From an uncultured Gemmatimonadaceae bacterium (GTDB lineage: Bacteria > Gemmatimonadota > Gemmatimonadetes > Gemmatimonadales > Gemmatimonadaceae): a DNA stretch of 64,000 nucleotides. Position numbers and translations under genes: made by a program. Numbering within the stretch: position 1 is the first letter of the stretch; each line of letters starts with the position of its first letter. The stretch spans positions 2,816,001 through 2,880,000 of the forward strand of contig OY970320.1 of NCBI GenBank assembly GCA_963716745.1, read 5' to 3'. Below are positions 31,782-40,978 of the stretch, one piece after another. A model generated the notes under the pieces. It was not told where the DNA came from, searched no databases, and worked only from the letters and a program-made list of their open reading frames with translations.

Positions 31782-33041
31782 ATGACCGGCCCGACTCTCG
31801 AGATCGAGCAGCCCCTCGGGCTGCTCGACACCTGGAACAGTCTCGACCGTCGCCAGCGCGCCGCCTTCACCGCGAGTGTGCTCGGCTGGGCGCTCGACGC
31901 ATTCGATTTCTTCCTGATGGTGTTCATCCTCCGCGCGGTGGCCGCGGAGTTCAGCACCGACGTGAAGTCCGTCGCGCTCGGCATCACGCTCACGCTCGCG
32001 ATGCGGCCGCTGGGCGCGCTGGTGTTCGGGATGCTCGCCGACAAGTACGGGCGGCGCCCCGTGCTGATGGTAGACATCATGCTTTTCTCGGTGCTCGAGC
32101 TCGCATCGGCGTTCGCGCCGACGCTCGTGACGCTGCTCATTCTGCGCGCGGCGTTCGGCTTCGCGATGGGTGGCGAATGGGGGATCGGCTCGGCGCTCAC
32201 GATGGAGACCATCCCCACTCGGGCGCGCGGCATGGCGAGCGGGTTCATCCAGCAGGGCTACGCGATCGGTTATCTGCTGGCGGCCGTCGCATACGGATTG
32301 TTGTTCGAGCGCATCGGTTGGCGAGGGATGTTCATGGTGGGCGTTTTGCCGGCGCTGCTCGTGCTGTACATCCGGCGCAACGTGGAAGAGTCGCCCGTGT
32401 GGCAGGAGATGCGCGCGAAGCCGCGGCAGCCGCTCGGCGCCGTGCTCAAGAAACGCGCCGGCCTTTTTGCGTACGCCGTTGTGCTGATGACCGCGTTCAA
32501 TTTCTTCAGTCATGGTACGCAGGATCTCTATCCCACGATGCTGCAGGCGCAGCGCGGGCTGAGCACGTATCAGGTGAGCAGCATCGCCATCATCGCGAAC
32601 ATCGGCGCGATCATCGGCGGCGTCACGTTCGGCATGCTCTCGCAGCGCATCGGGCGGCGGCGTGCGATCATCGGCGCGGCGTTGCTCGCGCTGCCAATTG
32701 TCTATCTATGGGCGTTCAGCACAACTGTCGTGCTCATCGCGCTCGGCGCGTTCCTCATGATGATCTCGGTACAGGGCGCGTGGGGAGTGATCCCCGTGCA
32801 TCTCAATGAGCTGTCACCTGGCGAAGTGCGCGGGACGTTCCCGGGATTCGTATATCAACTCGGGAATCTGCTCGCGTCGGTAAACGCCACGTGGCAGGCG
32901 GCGTTCGCGGAGTCGCATGGAGGGAACTATGCGTTCGCGCTCGCCGTGGTCGCGGCGGGAGCGGCGGTGGCGATCGCGATACTCACGGCTGTTGGGCCAG
33001 AGGCGCATGGGGCCCGACTGGACGGGGACGTTTCGAGCTGA
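31782..33041 (+). CDS. MFS transporter (sialate/carboxylate:H+ symporter family)
   Basis: LDAFDFF, motif A GMLADKYGRR, GGEW and NFFSHGTQDLYPT. Confidence 0.88.
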   Translation: MTGPTLEIEQPLGLLDTWNSLDRRQRAAFTASVLGWALDAFDFFLMVFILRAVAAEFSTDVKSVALGITLTLAMRPLGALVFGMLADKYGRRPVLMVDIMLFSVLELASAFAPTLVTLLILRAAFGFAMGGEWGIGSALTMETIPTRARGMASGFIQQGYAIGYLLAAVAYGLLFERIGWRGMFMVGVLPALLVLYIRRNVEESPVWQEMRAKPRQPLGAVLKKRAGLFAYAVVLMTAFNFFSHGTQDLYPTMLQAQRGLSTYQVSSIAIIANIGAIIGGVTFGMLSQRIGRRRAIIGAALLALPIVYLWAFSTTVVLIALGAFLMMISVQGAWGVIPVHLNELSPGEVRGTFPGFVYQLGNLLASVNATWQAAFAESHGGNYAFALAVVAAGAAVAIAILTAVGPEAHGARLDGDVSS

Positions 33042-33051
33042 CGGCATAACG

Positions 33052-33135
33052 GCCGGGAACCGATGGCCGGGAACCGGTGAGGAATAACAAAATATTTTGT
33101 CATGCCACACCGGTTCCCGGAAATCGGTTCCCGGC
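33052..33135. repeat. Palindromic CCGGGAACCG-family element, short copy
   Basis: GCCGGGAACCGATGGCCGGGAACCGGTG / CACCGGTTCCCGGAAATCGGTTCCCGGC arms with inner palindrome ACAAAATATTTTGT, between convergent stops. Confidence 0.9.
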
Positions 33136-33137
33136 GG

Positions 33138-33461
33138 TCAGCCTTCGATCTTATAGATCTCCCGCTTCCCCGAATCCACAAGATCATGATACCCCTTCAT
33201 GATCTCCTCGAATTTCTTCATATCCTCCTTCGACCCCGGCGGGTTACTCATCATCTTCTCGAACTCCCCGAGATCCGCGACTTCCATTTCTGAAACGAGC
33301 ATCCAATACTGATCCGCACAGAAATCCGTCAGGATCCGCATCTTCGGCATTCCGATCTTGGCGCCGAGCTTATTCATCGCGACGAATTTCTCGACGAGCG
33401 GCCGGACCTTGCCGGGCTTGCAGTACATGATCTCGCGTATGAGATACATGTTGGCCTCCAT
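33138..33461 (-). CDS. Small NIPSNAP/dimeric alpha-beta barrel-like protein
   Basis: IREIMYCKPGK...RILTD...GKREIYKIE. Confidence 0.65.
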   Translation of the reverse strand: MEANMYLIREIMYCKPGKVRPLVEKFVAMNKLGAKIGMPKMRILTDFCADQYWMLVSEMEVADLGEFEKMMSNPPGSKEDMKKFEEIMKGYHDLVDSGKREIYKIEG

Positions 33462-33537
33462 AGCGAATGGTTGTCCAACGATGCCGTTCTCTCAATGTCT
33501 AAGCGGGTGCGAAACCGTCAAGTGCGCGCGCCGTATC

Positions 33538-33605
33538 CATCTTGTCAATCATGTTAATCCTGTCAAAGGCCTTTCAACAAACTGCTGGACAGGATTAACA
33601 TGATT
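33538..33605. repeat. Nonamer-periodic inverted repeat, arms in inside-out order
   Basis: AATCATGTTAATCCTGTC at 33547-33564, then GACAGGATTAACATGATT at 33588-33605. Confidence 0.9.
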
Positions 33606-33639
33606 GCGATGCTTGAACCGAACGCCAGAGGAGGTCGCC

Positions 33640-33867
33640 ATGCCCGATATCCTCCACCGTATCGGAGTGAACGCACCGGCCGAGCAGGTGTATGCATCGC
33701 TGGCCACTACCGAGGGGCTGCGGAACTGGTGGACCGATTCCACGACGGGCGATACGAAAGTGGGCGGCACGATCGGGGCGACGTTCCTGCTGAGTCTCCG
33801 TGACGACTTGGAGAGCGGCAAGGGACGGCCGGCGCCGCGTGACGTGAAGATCCACGTGGGAGACTGA
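33640..33867 (+). pseudogene. SRPBCC-domain gene with apparent in-frame internal deletion
   Basis: GAGGAGG RBS. The N-terminal MPDILHRIGVNAPAEQVYASLATTEGLRNWWT part is joined directly to the C-terminal ATFLLSLRDDLESGKGRP part; only 75 aa. Confidence 0.6.
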
Positions 33868-33901
33868 GTGATACCAATGGCCGCCATGACCAAGAGGATA
33901 A

Positions 33902-34411
33902 GTGCTTAGACCGCCTCGGAATCTCTTCGCCGTGTGGATCCGCACCGGCGGCACCATCGCGCTCGTCGATTTTCTCTTCGCGAGCGCGCTCAGCGTGTAC
34001 GGCTACCACTCGACGTTCGAGCGGCTCTGGCAGGGCGTGGCGAGCGTCATGTTCGGGCCGATGGCGATCGGCAATCCGCTCATGACCTACGTCGGCATCG
34101 CGATGCACATCTGCGTCGCGTTCACATGGGCCGCCGTGTTCGTCGCGCTGCTCGCGAACTCGGCATTTCTTCGACGCGTCACGAGCATCCCGGCGGGCGT
34201 GCTAGTCGTGGCCACTGTGTACGGACCGCTTATCTGGTGCTTCATGTCTTTCGTCTGGATCCCGCTCTTCACGCACCGGCCGCCCACGGTCAACATGCGG
34301 TGGTGGATCCAGATCGCGGGACACGTGCTGTTCGTGGGCCTGCCGATCGTGTGGGCGGCGAGTCACTGGTTGGCCGCCCTGCGCGGCACCAAGAGCGAGG
34401 TCTCGCCGTAG
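33902..34411 (+). CDS. Membrane protein of unknown function (about 4 TM)
   Basis: Hydrophobic segments with His in GIAMHICVA and GHVLFVGLPI. Confidence 0.65.
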   Translation: MLRPPRNLFAVWIRTGGTIALVDFLFASALSVYGYHSTFERLWQGVASVMFGPMAIGNPLMTYVGIAMHICVAFTWAAVFVALLANSAFLRRVTSIPAGVLVVATVYGPLIWCFMSFVWIPLFTHRPPTVNMRWWIQIAGHVLFVGLPIVWAASHWLAALRGTKSEVSP

Positions 34412-34454
34412 TATAGAGCGAGGCGACGCGAACTCCTCTTCGAGCGAGGCGGGC

Positions 34455-35090
34455 ATGTGGAGCATGGTGGTCGAACTCTTCCAGGCCGCGATCTTCGGCG
34501 CGGCGCACGTGTGCGGCGGGAGTCTCGGTGCCGGGATCCTCGTGATCTCGGCGGCGATCCGCATCGCGCTGCTGCCGCTCACGCTGCGCATGGCGCGCGA
34601 GATGAACGCGCAGCAGGCGCGGCTCAAGGCGCTCGAGCCTGAACTCAAGAGACTCCAGGCACGCCACGGTCACGATGCGCTGAAGCTCGCGCAGGCGACG
34701 CAGGCGCTCCACAAGGCGAACGGGATCCGTCCGTTCGGCCCCGCGATGCTCACGAACTTCGCCGTGCAGATGCCGATCGCCGGCGGGTTCTTCGCGGCCA
34801 TTCGCAACGGACTTGGCGCCGGGGTGCGATTCCTCTGGGTGGGCGATCTCGCGCGCCCGGATCTCCTGCTGCTCTCCGTTACGTGTGCGCTGATGGCCGC
34901 CGGGATCTCCGCGGCGCCCGCACAGCCTGGCGCGCGGATCGTCGGCTATGGCCTGATCTTCGCGATCTCGATGGCGCTCATGTGGACGTCGTCGAGCGCA
35001 CTCGTGCTCTCCTTCGGCGCGGGGTCGGCGGTGTCGCTCGTGCAGAACCGCATCCTCGCGCGGGAACGGCGGATCGCCTCGGCACACTAA
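34455..35090 (+). CDS. Short YidC/Oxa1-family membrane protein
   Basis: AAIRIALLPL, LEPELKRLQARH, AVQMPI and FLWVGDLARPD. Confidence 0.75.
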   Translation: MWSMVVELFQAAIFGAAHVCGGSLGAGILVISAAIRIALLPLTLRMAREMNAQQARLKALEPELKRLQARHGHDALKLAQATQALHKANGIRPFGPAMLTNFAVQMPIAGGFFAAIRNGLGAGVRFLWVGDLARPDLLLLSVTCALMAAGISAAPAQPGARIVGYGLIFAISMALMWTSSSALVLSFGAGSAVSLVQNRILARERRIASAH

Positions 35091-35498
35091 ATGCGCCACG
35101 CGTTGGGAGCGACCCTGGAGTACTGGCCGACGATCGTCGCACTCGCGATCCTGGCGTTCGTGGAACTGCGGGCTGCGCCTTGGTCACTCATTTCGAAGCA
35201 GGCGATATGGGTCGGACTATCCTGTTGGATCGGAACGTTCGCCGTGTACGCGATTCGCGAGCAGGAGTACACAGTGCCGCGCGTCATCGTGTTCATGGTC
35301 TGGACCGGATTCCCGATCGTCCTGATGCTGGCCGGGCTGACCGCGATACGTCGGCTGACGCGGCGACCAGCGGCGCAGAGTATCGTTGAGCATAGTCTGA
35401 TGTCGCGCTGCTGGGACTACTGGTGCCCGTCGGGCTCATGCTCGCCTGCGGGATCGCCGGCGATTGCCTCTAGCAGAGTCGCTGCGATCAACCGCTAG
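35091..35498 (+). CDS. Membrane hypothetical protein (3' end uncertain, possible frameshift)
   Basis: Three hydrophobic segments. Confidence 0.4.
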   Translation: MRHALGATLEYWPTIVALAILAFVELRAAPWSLISKQAIWVGLSCWIGTFAVYAIREQEYTVPRVIVFMVWTGFPIVLMLAGLTAIRRLTRRPAAQSIVEHSLMSRCWDYWCPSGSCSPAGSPAIASSRVAAINR

Positions 35499-35508
35499 GA
35501 TATCTCCC

Positions 35509-36155
35509 ATGACAAACATCGTTCGCGATCACGGCGTGCGTATGCGCCGCCTTGGCCGCCGCTCGCGTGCGGCGCGAAGACCAGCGACAGCTTCGTCCGG
35601 GCTGCGCCTGGCGACTGGAGTTCCGCGCACTGGACCGCGATCCGGCGTGTCGAAGGCGGCAGTGTCGGCCGGCGCGCACCCGCCGAGTTCGACATTTGGA
35701 TGAAGGGCGACAGCGCACTCATTGGCGCCTCGATCAACGGCGACGAGATCCGCATCCTGCGCGTGGGCAAGGATGCCTACAGCTGGGTCACGGGACGGCC
35801 GAACGGCATGAAGTTCACCGCGCCCACGCTCGACGAGCGCCAGCTTGCCGTCGCTTCCGCAGATTTCGCGATCCGCGCCGCCGCGTGCAAGGCGAACGGC
35901 AAGAAGGGCAACACGGGCACGTTCGACGGCCATCCGTTCGTGCGGTACGATTGCCCGGTGGATGAGGATGGCGTCGTTCGCATCTACTACTACGCTACCG
36001 ATCTGCAGAATTTCCCGGTGCACGCGACGATCATGTATCCGGATAAGACGATCATCATCTACGACGCGAAGAACATCGAAGTGCCGGGCGAGGTCGCGGA
36101 CTCGCTGTTCACGCTGCCCATCGATGTCCAATTCGCGCCCGGGCCCGCGATGTAG
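35509..36155 (+). CDS. Hypothetical lipoprotein, frameshift near the 5' end
   Basis: The frame of ORF 35700 extends upstream to the lipobox PLAC-GAKTS; beta-rich body. Confidence 0.5.
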
Positions 36156-36157
36156 CG

Positions 36158-36719
36158 ATGCGACAACTCTCCGTCTTCAACTTCCTCTCGCTCAACGGCT
36201 TCTACAAAGGCCCGAGCAACGACATCAGCTGGCACCGGCACGGCGAGGAAGAATCCGAATTCTCGCGCGAAGGTGCCGGCTCAGGCAGCACGCTGCTCTT
36301 CGGGCGCGTCACCTATGAGATGATGGCGACGTTTCTGGCCCACGCCGGCCGCGCAGCAGATGGACGCCGTTGTCGCCAACGGGATGAACGCCGCCGAGAA
36401 GGTCGTCTTCTCGCGCACGCTCAAGACGGCCAGCTGGCAGAACACACGCATCGTCTCCGGCGACATCGCGGCCGAGGTGCGCAAGATGAAGTCGGGCGCA
36501 GGGAAGGGAATGACGATCCTCGGCAGCGGCAGCATCGTTTCGCAGCTCGCGGCCGCCGGGCTCATCGACCAATTCCAATTCATGATCGACGCGGTCGCGC
36601 TCGGCGCCGGAACGCCGGTATTACAAGGAATCCCGAATCCCATCAAGCTGAAGCTCACCGATACGCGCGTCTTCAAGAAGAGCGGCACGGTGCTCCTCAC
36701 GTACGCGCCGGAAGCTTGA
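36158..36719 (+). CDS. Dihydrofolate reductase/RibD C-terminal family protein, frameshift near 36340
   Basis: LSLNGFY, LLFGRVTYEMM, KVVFSRTL and GSGSIVSQL...LID. Confidence 0.85.
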
Positions 36720-37892
36720 TGACCACCAGCGCCGCGCCGCGCGTGCGCATCGAATCCGTCGATGTCGTGCGCGGCGTGATCATGATCATCATGGCGCTCG
36801 ATCACACGCGCGATTTCTTCGGCATCCCCGGCCAGAATCCGACCGATCTCTCCAGCGCCAGCGCCGGCCTCTTCCTCACGCGCTGGATCACGTACTTCTG
36901 CGCGCCCGTATTCTTTTTGCTCACGGGCACGGGCGCGTATCTCGCGCTACGCCGCCGCACGGTCGCCGATCTCTCGAAGTTCCTCATCACGCGCGGGACT
37001 CTGGCTGATCTTCCTCGAGATCGTCGTGCTGCGCTGCCTGAGCTACCAATTCAATTTCGACTACCACGTCACGATGCTCCTCGTGCTCTGGGCGCTCGGC
37101 TGGGCGATGATCTTCCTGGGGCTCATCGTGCGATTGCCGGTGGCGGCCATCGTGACCATTGGTGTCGCGATGATCGTTGGGCACAACGCGCTCGACGGCC
37201 TCCGGATCAACAGCCCGCTCTGGAACATCCTCCATCAGCCCGGCTTCGTACTCAACACCGCGGAGCACGTGGTGTTCGTCGCGTACCCACTCGTCCCATG
37301 GATCGGTGTCACCGCGGTCGGCTACGCGCTCGGCGCCGTGTACAACTGGGACGCCGACCGCCGGCGTGCATTCCTGCTGCGCACCGGTCTCGCCATTACC
37401 GCGGCGTTCGTGATCGTGCGCGGGATCAACCTCTACGGCGATCCGCGGCCATGGAAGGCGATGGCGACGCCGCTCTTCAGCGTGCTCTCCTTCCTGAACG
37501 TGACCAAGTACCCGCCGTCGCTTTCCTTCCTGCTCATGACGCTCGGTCCGGCGCTGCTCTTCCTCTGGGCCGTGGACCGCGGCACGCCGCGTGTGCTCAG
37601 ACCGGCGCTCATCTACGGCAAAGTGCCATTATTCTACTATATACTGCACTTCTCGCTCATCCATCTGCTCGCCGTGATCGTGTGCCTCGTGCGGTACGGC
37701 AGCGCGCACTGGATGTTCGAGTCGCCGGATCTCGGCAACTATCCATTCACGCCACCGCCGGGCTGGGGTTATTCGTTGCCGGTGGTGTATGTCATCTGGG
37801 CGTTCGTGGTGATGATCTTGTGCTTCCCGATCTGCCGCTGGTACGCGGCGCTCAAACAGCGGCGCACCGACCCCTGGCTCAGCTATCTCTAA
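36719..37892 (+). CDS. DUF1624 / heparan-alpha-glucosaminide N-acetyltransferase-like membrane protein, frameshift near 36995
   Basis: RIESVDVVRGVIMIIMALDHTRD, CAPVF, YPLVPWIGV and KYPPSL. Confidence 0.85.
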
Positions 37893-37916
37893 CTCGCACA
37901 TACGGAGACGTCACGC

Positions 37917-38312
37917 ATGAACGGAAGATCACTGTGGGCCGTTGCCGCCGGCGTGCTCGTTATCGTGATCGGGTCGACCGTTGTCGATCTTCTCCTGCAC
38001 GCGGTGCACTTCTTCCCGCCCATGGATCAGCCGATCACTGACACACAGGCCGCGGTCGCGACGGGCTATCGGTTCATCATCAGCGTTGGCGGCGCGTGGC
38101 TCACCGCGCGTCTCGCGCCGAGTGCGCCGCTCAAGCACGCGATCATCCTCGGCGTCGTCGGAACCGTGCTTGGACTGCTCGGCGTGGTCCTTACGTGGAA
38201 CATGGGCCTTGGCCCGCGATGGTACGCCGTGGCGCTCGCGGTGCTCGCGGTACCGCAGTGCTGGATCGGCGGGAAGATCTATCTCGCACAACATCCAGGA
38301 GTGGGCGCATGA
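37917..38312 (+). CDS. Membrane protein of unknown function
   Basis: Four TM segments; ARLAP..P..HA and GPRWY. Confidence 0.7.
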   Translation: MNGRSLWAVAAGVLVIVIGSTVVDLLLHAVHFFPPMDQPITDTQAAVATGYRFIISVGGAWLTARLAPSAPLKHAIILGVVGTVLGLLGVVLTWNMGLGPRWYAVALAVLAVPQCWIGGKIYLAQHPGVGA

Positions 38313-38772
38313 TCGAGACGCCGAGCATCGTCATGTCGACGAAGCAACTCGCGGCGGTGATCCATCTGACCATCCCGCGCGCGGACATCCAGAAAGAGAT
38401 GGGGCCGGCGTTCAAGGAGTTGATGGCGGCGGTGTCGGCGCAGGGCATCAAGCCCACCGGGCCGTGGTTCAGCCATCACTTCAAGACGGATCCGGCGACA
38501 TTCGATTTCGAGATCGGCGTGCCGGTGGGATCACCCGTGAAGCCGGTGGGCCGCGTCAAGATGGGTGAACTGCCCGCGCGCGCGTGTGATCCGCACGGTG
38601 TATCACGGTGGCTATGAAGGGCTCGGCGCCGCGTGGGGGGAGTTCGACGCGTGGATTACGAAGAATCGGCACAAGACGACGGGGGAGTTCTGGGAGATTT
38701 ACGCGGTGGGGCCGGAGACTACCAAACGATCCAGCGGGCATCCGAACTGAGTTGAGCCGTCCGCTCCAATAA
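38309..38772 (+). CDS. GyrI-like small-molecule-binding protein, frameshifted
   Basis: FDFEIGVPV, VYHGGYEGLGAAW and WEIYAVGP across ORFs 38096/38565. Confidence 0.75.
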
Positions 38773-38923
38773 CCGCAAAGGGCGGGGTTGGTACCGCGAG
38801 AGTCGCGTTAGCGTTGGCGTTGGGTACGGCGAGCTCCAGCGCGAATCCGCCGTCGCGGTGCCAGTCCCGCCTCATGCGTCCACACGCGCATTCTTGCGGT
38901 ACCAGCCTTCCGCCTCTCGCGGT
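38772..38923. repeat. GGCGGGGTTGGTACCGC-family palindromic element (one left arm, two right arms)
   Basis: Left arm 38772-38801; complementary arms 38853-38878 and 38892-38923; GCGTT(A/G) hexamers inside. Related copy at 40773-40910. Confidence 0.8.
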
Positions 38924-39858
38924 CAAGGTTTTCTGCGCACGTAGATCAGATCATATGAAGTAGACCATGTCTTCCCGCTATCTGCGGAAGTTTCCGAGAA
39001 TTGGCGCACCGTATCCGCGCTGATGTGAAAGAACGTCAGCTTCGTTGGCACACGGCCGAGTTTCCCGCCTGATGCCGGTGTGGTGCCCTCGAACACCATG
39101 TTGCCGTTCACGAGCGAGCCCGCGTAGTCATGCTGGCCGCCAAGATTATCCACCCACGTTTGGCGCCATTTTCCCACCGAGCGGTCGAAGATGTTGAAGC
39201 TCTGGCCCGTGGAGCCGCCGATACCATCCCAGTGCTCCATCACGACACAGCCGTCCTCCTCCATCGTGACGCGGTTGCGCGATGACGGCCCGCCCGCGGG
39301 CGCACCGTTCGGGCGCACATCCCAATCGCCCACCCAGAAATCGAATTCGCGGAATCGGGCGTCGTGGCGGCACGGATGCGCGATCGCATCGTAGGCGTCC
39401 ACGACCGACATCCACTCGCCATGGTTCTTGAGGCTCGCGAAGTGCGCGTCGCCGGCGAGGAACGGTGGCGGCAGGAAGTAACCCACTGCCGCGCCCCGCA
39501 AGAGTTCGGCGATCGCGGAGTCCGGCATCTTCAGCTCGGCGAACGCCTCGGCGAGACGGAACGCCGCGTTCCCCGTGGGGATGCCGAGCGTCTCGCCCAT
39601 TCGCAGATGCGGCAGCGCCTCGGCGGGTTTTCCGAGTTCGGTGAGCGTGATACCCATGCGGAAATGCGCGATCGCGTTCTTGGGATATTGCTTCGCGATC
39701 GCAGAGTACTGCGCGTTCGCCTCCTTCCAGTTCGATGCGTTGAACGCCGCCGCGGCGCGCTGCATCTGATCGGCGGACGGCGTGCCGCCGGCCTGGGCGC
39801 TGACACCGGGCGCGAGCGCGAGACGTAAGGCTACCAACGCGAACAGGATGTGGCGCAT
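38923..39858 (-). CDS. Secreted TPR + DUF1579-like protein
   Basis: Signal peptide, TPR-like helices, REFDFWVGDW and SADSGKTW. Confidence 0.7.
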   Translation of the reverse strand: MRHILFALVALRLALAPGVSAQAGGTPSADQMQRAAAAFNASNWKEANAQYSAIAKQYPKNAIAHFRMGITLTELGKPAEALPHLRMGETLGIPTGNAAFRLAEAFAELKMPDSAIAELLRGAAVGYFLPPPFLAGDAHFASLKNHGEWMSVVDAYDAIAHPCRHDARFREFDFWVGDWDVRPNGAPAGGPSSRNRVTMEEDGCVVMEHWDGIGGSTGQSFNIFDRSVGKWRQTWVDNLGGQHDYAGSLVNGNMVFEGTTPASGGKLGRVPTKLTFFHISADTVRQFSETSADSGKTWSTSYDLIYVRRKP

Positions 39859-39873
39859 GCGAGTGCCTCCAAG

Positions 39874-40788
39874 ATGACGGTGACGCAATCAAGCGTCGCG
39901 CGCGACGCGCCGCTTCCACGCCATTGCGCGGAGCCGCGAGCGTTCGACACCATCGTCTATGAGGGCGGCGGCGTGACGATCGGCCGCTTTCGGTGCGACC
40001 CGGCGCATCCCTCCTTCCGTGACACCGGCCCCATTCGCAACGCGGTGGTGGTGTTCCCGCGTACGAGCGTGTGGATCCGTCACGAGGGTTCGCAGCCGTT
40101 CGTCGCCGACCCGAACGTGATCACGATCTACGACCGCGGGCAGCGCTACGAACGATTCGCGATCGCCGAGTCGGGCGATCATTGCGATTGGATCGCGCTT
40201 GATGATGCGCTTGCGCGTGAAGTGGCCGGCGCGCACGACGCGGCGGCCGCGGAGTCGCCCGATCGTCCCTTTCGCTTCGAGCGCACGGCGGGCAGCGCCG
40301 AGCTGTACGCGTGGCAGCGCGCGTTGCTCGCATGCGCCGAGTTGGGGCGCGCGAGCGCGGTCGAGATCGAGAGTGAGAGCATGGAGATCGTGAGCGCGGT
40401 GCTTGGTTCCGCGCATGGGCGTGAGCGCGCGGCGCCGCCGCGCGCATCACGCGCCGCTTCGCGCCGACGGGATCTCGCCGAATCCGCGCGCGCGGAATTG
40501 GCGCGCACCGCGCACGAGAACCGGTCGGTGCGCGAGATCGCGCGCACGCTCGGCGCGTCGCCGTATCACCTGTGCCGGGTGTTCCGCGAGCACACGGGAC
40601 AGACGATGCACGGCTACCGCGTTGGGATCCGGCTTCGGCACGTAATGAACGAGATGGGATCGCGGAATCTCTCGGCGGTGGCGCATGCGGCGGGATTCGC
40701 GAGTCATGCGCATTTGGTGGCGGTGTGCAGGAGGGAGTTCGGTGTGACGCCGAGTGTATTGCGGGAACGGCTGAACGGCGGGGTATAG
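39874..40788 (+). CDS. AraC family transcriptional regulator
   Basis: SPYHLCRVFREHTG and VAHAAGFASHAHL...FGVTPS. Confidence 0.9.
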   Translation: MTVTQSSVARDAPLPRHCAEPRAFDTIVYEGGGVTIGRFRCDPAHPSFRDTGPIRNAVVVFPRTSVWIRHEGSQPFVADPNVITIYDRGQRYERFAIAESGDHCDWIALDDALAREVAGAHDAAAAESPDRPFRFERTAGSAELYAWQRALLACAELGRASAVEIESESMEIVSAVLGSAHGRERAAPPRASRAASRRRDLAESARAELARTAHENRSVREIARTLGASPYHLCRVFREHTGQTMHGYRVGIRLRHVMNEMGSRNLSAVAHAAGFASHAHLVAVCRREFGVTPSVLRERLNGGV

Positions 40789-40910
40789 TGCCGCGAACGG
40801 CGGGGTTGGTACCGCGAACAGCGTGTGTGGCGTTGGCGTTACGGGTGCGCGGCTTCCCAACGCTAACGCTACACACGCATTTCGGCGGTACCAATCGCCG
40901 CCGTTCGCGG
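40773..40910. repeat. GGCGGGGTTGGTACCGC-family palindromic element
   Basis: CCGCGAACGGCGGGGTTGGTACCGC / GCGGTACCAATCGCCGCCGTTCGCGG arms; inner 20-bp stem 40821-40840 / 40859-40878; extra partial arm at 40773-40794. Confidence 0.85.
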
Positions 40911-40978
40911 TTCCAATCACGCCTTCTTAATCGTCCTAAGGGTGTGAGAAGCGACGCCGCGAGGTTATATTGAAAGAG

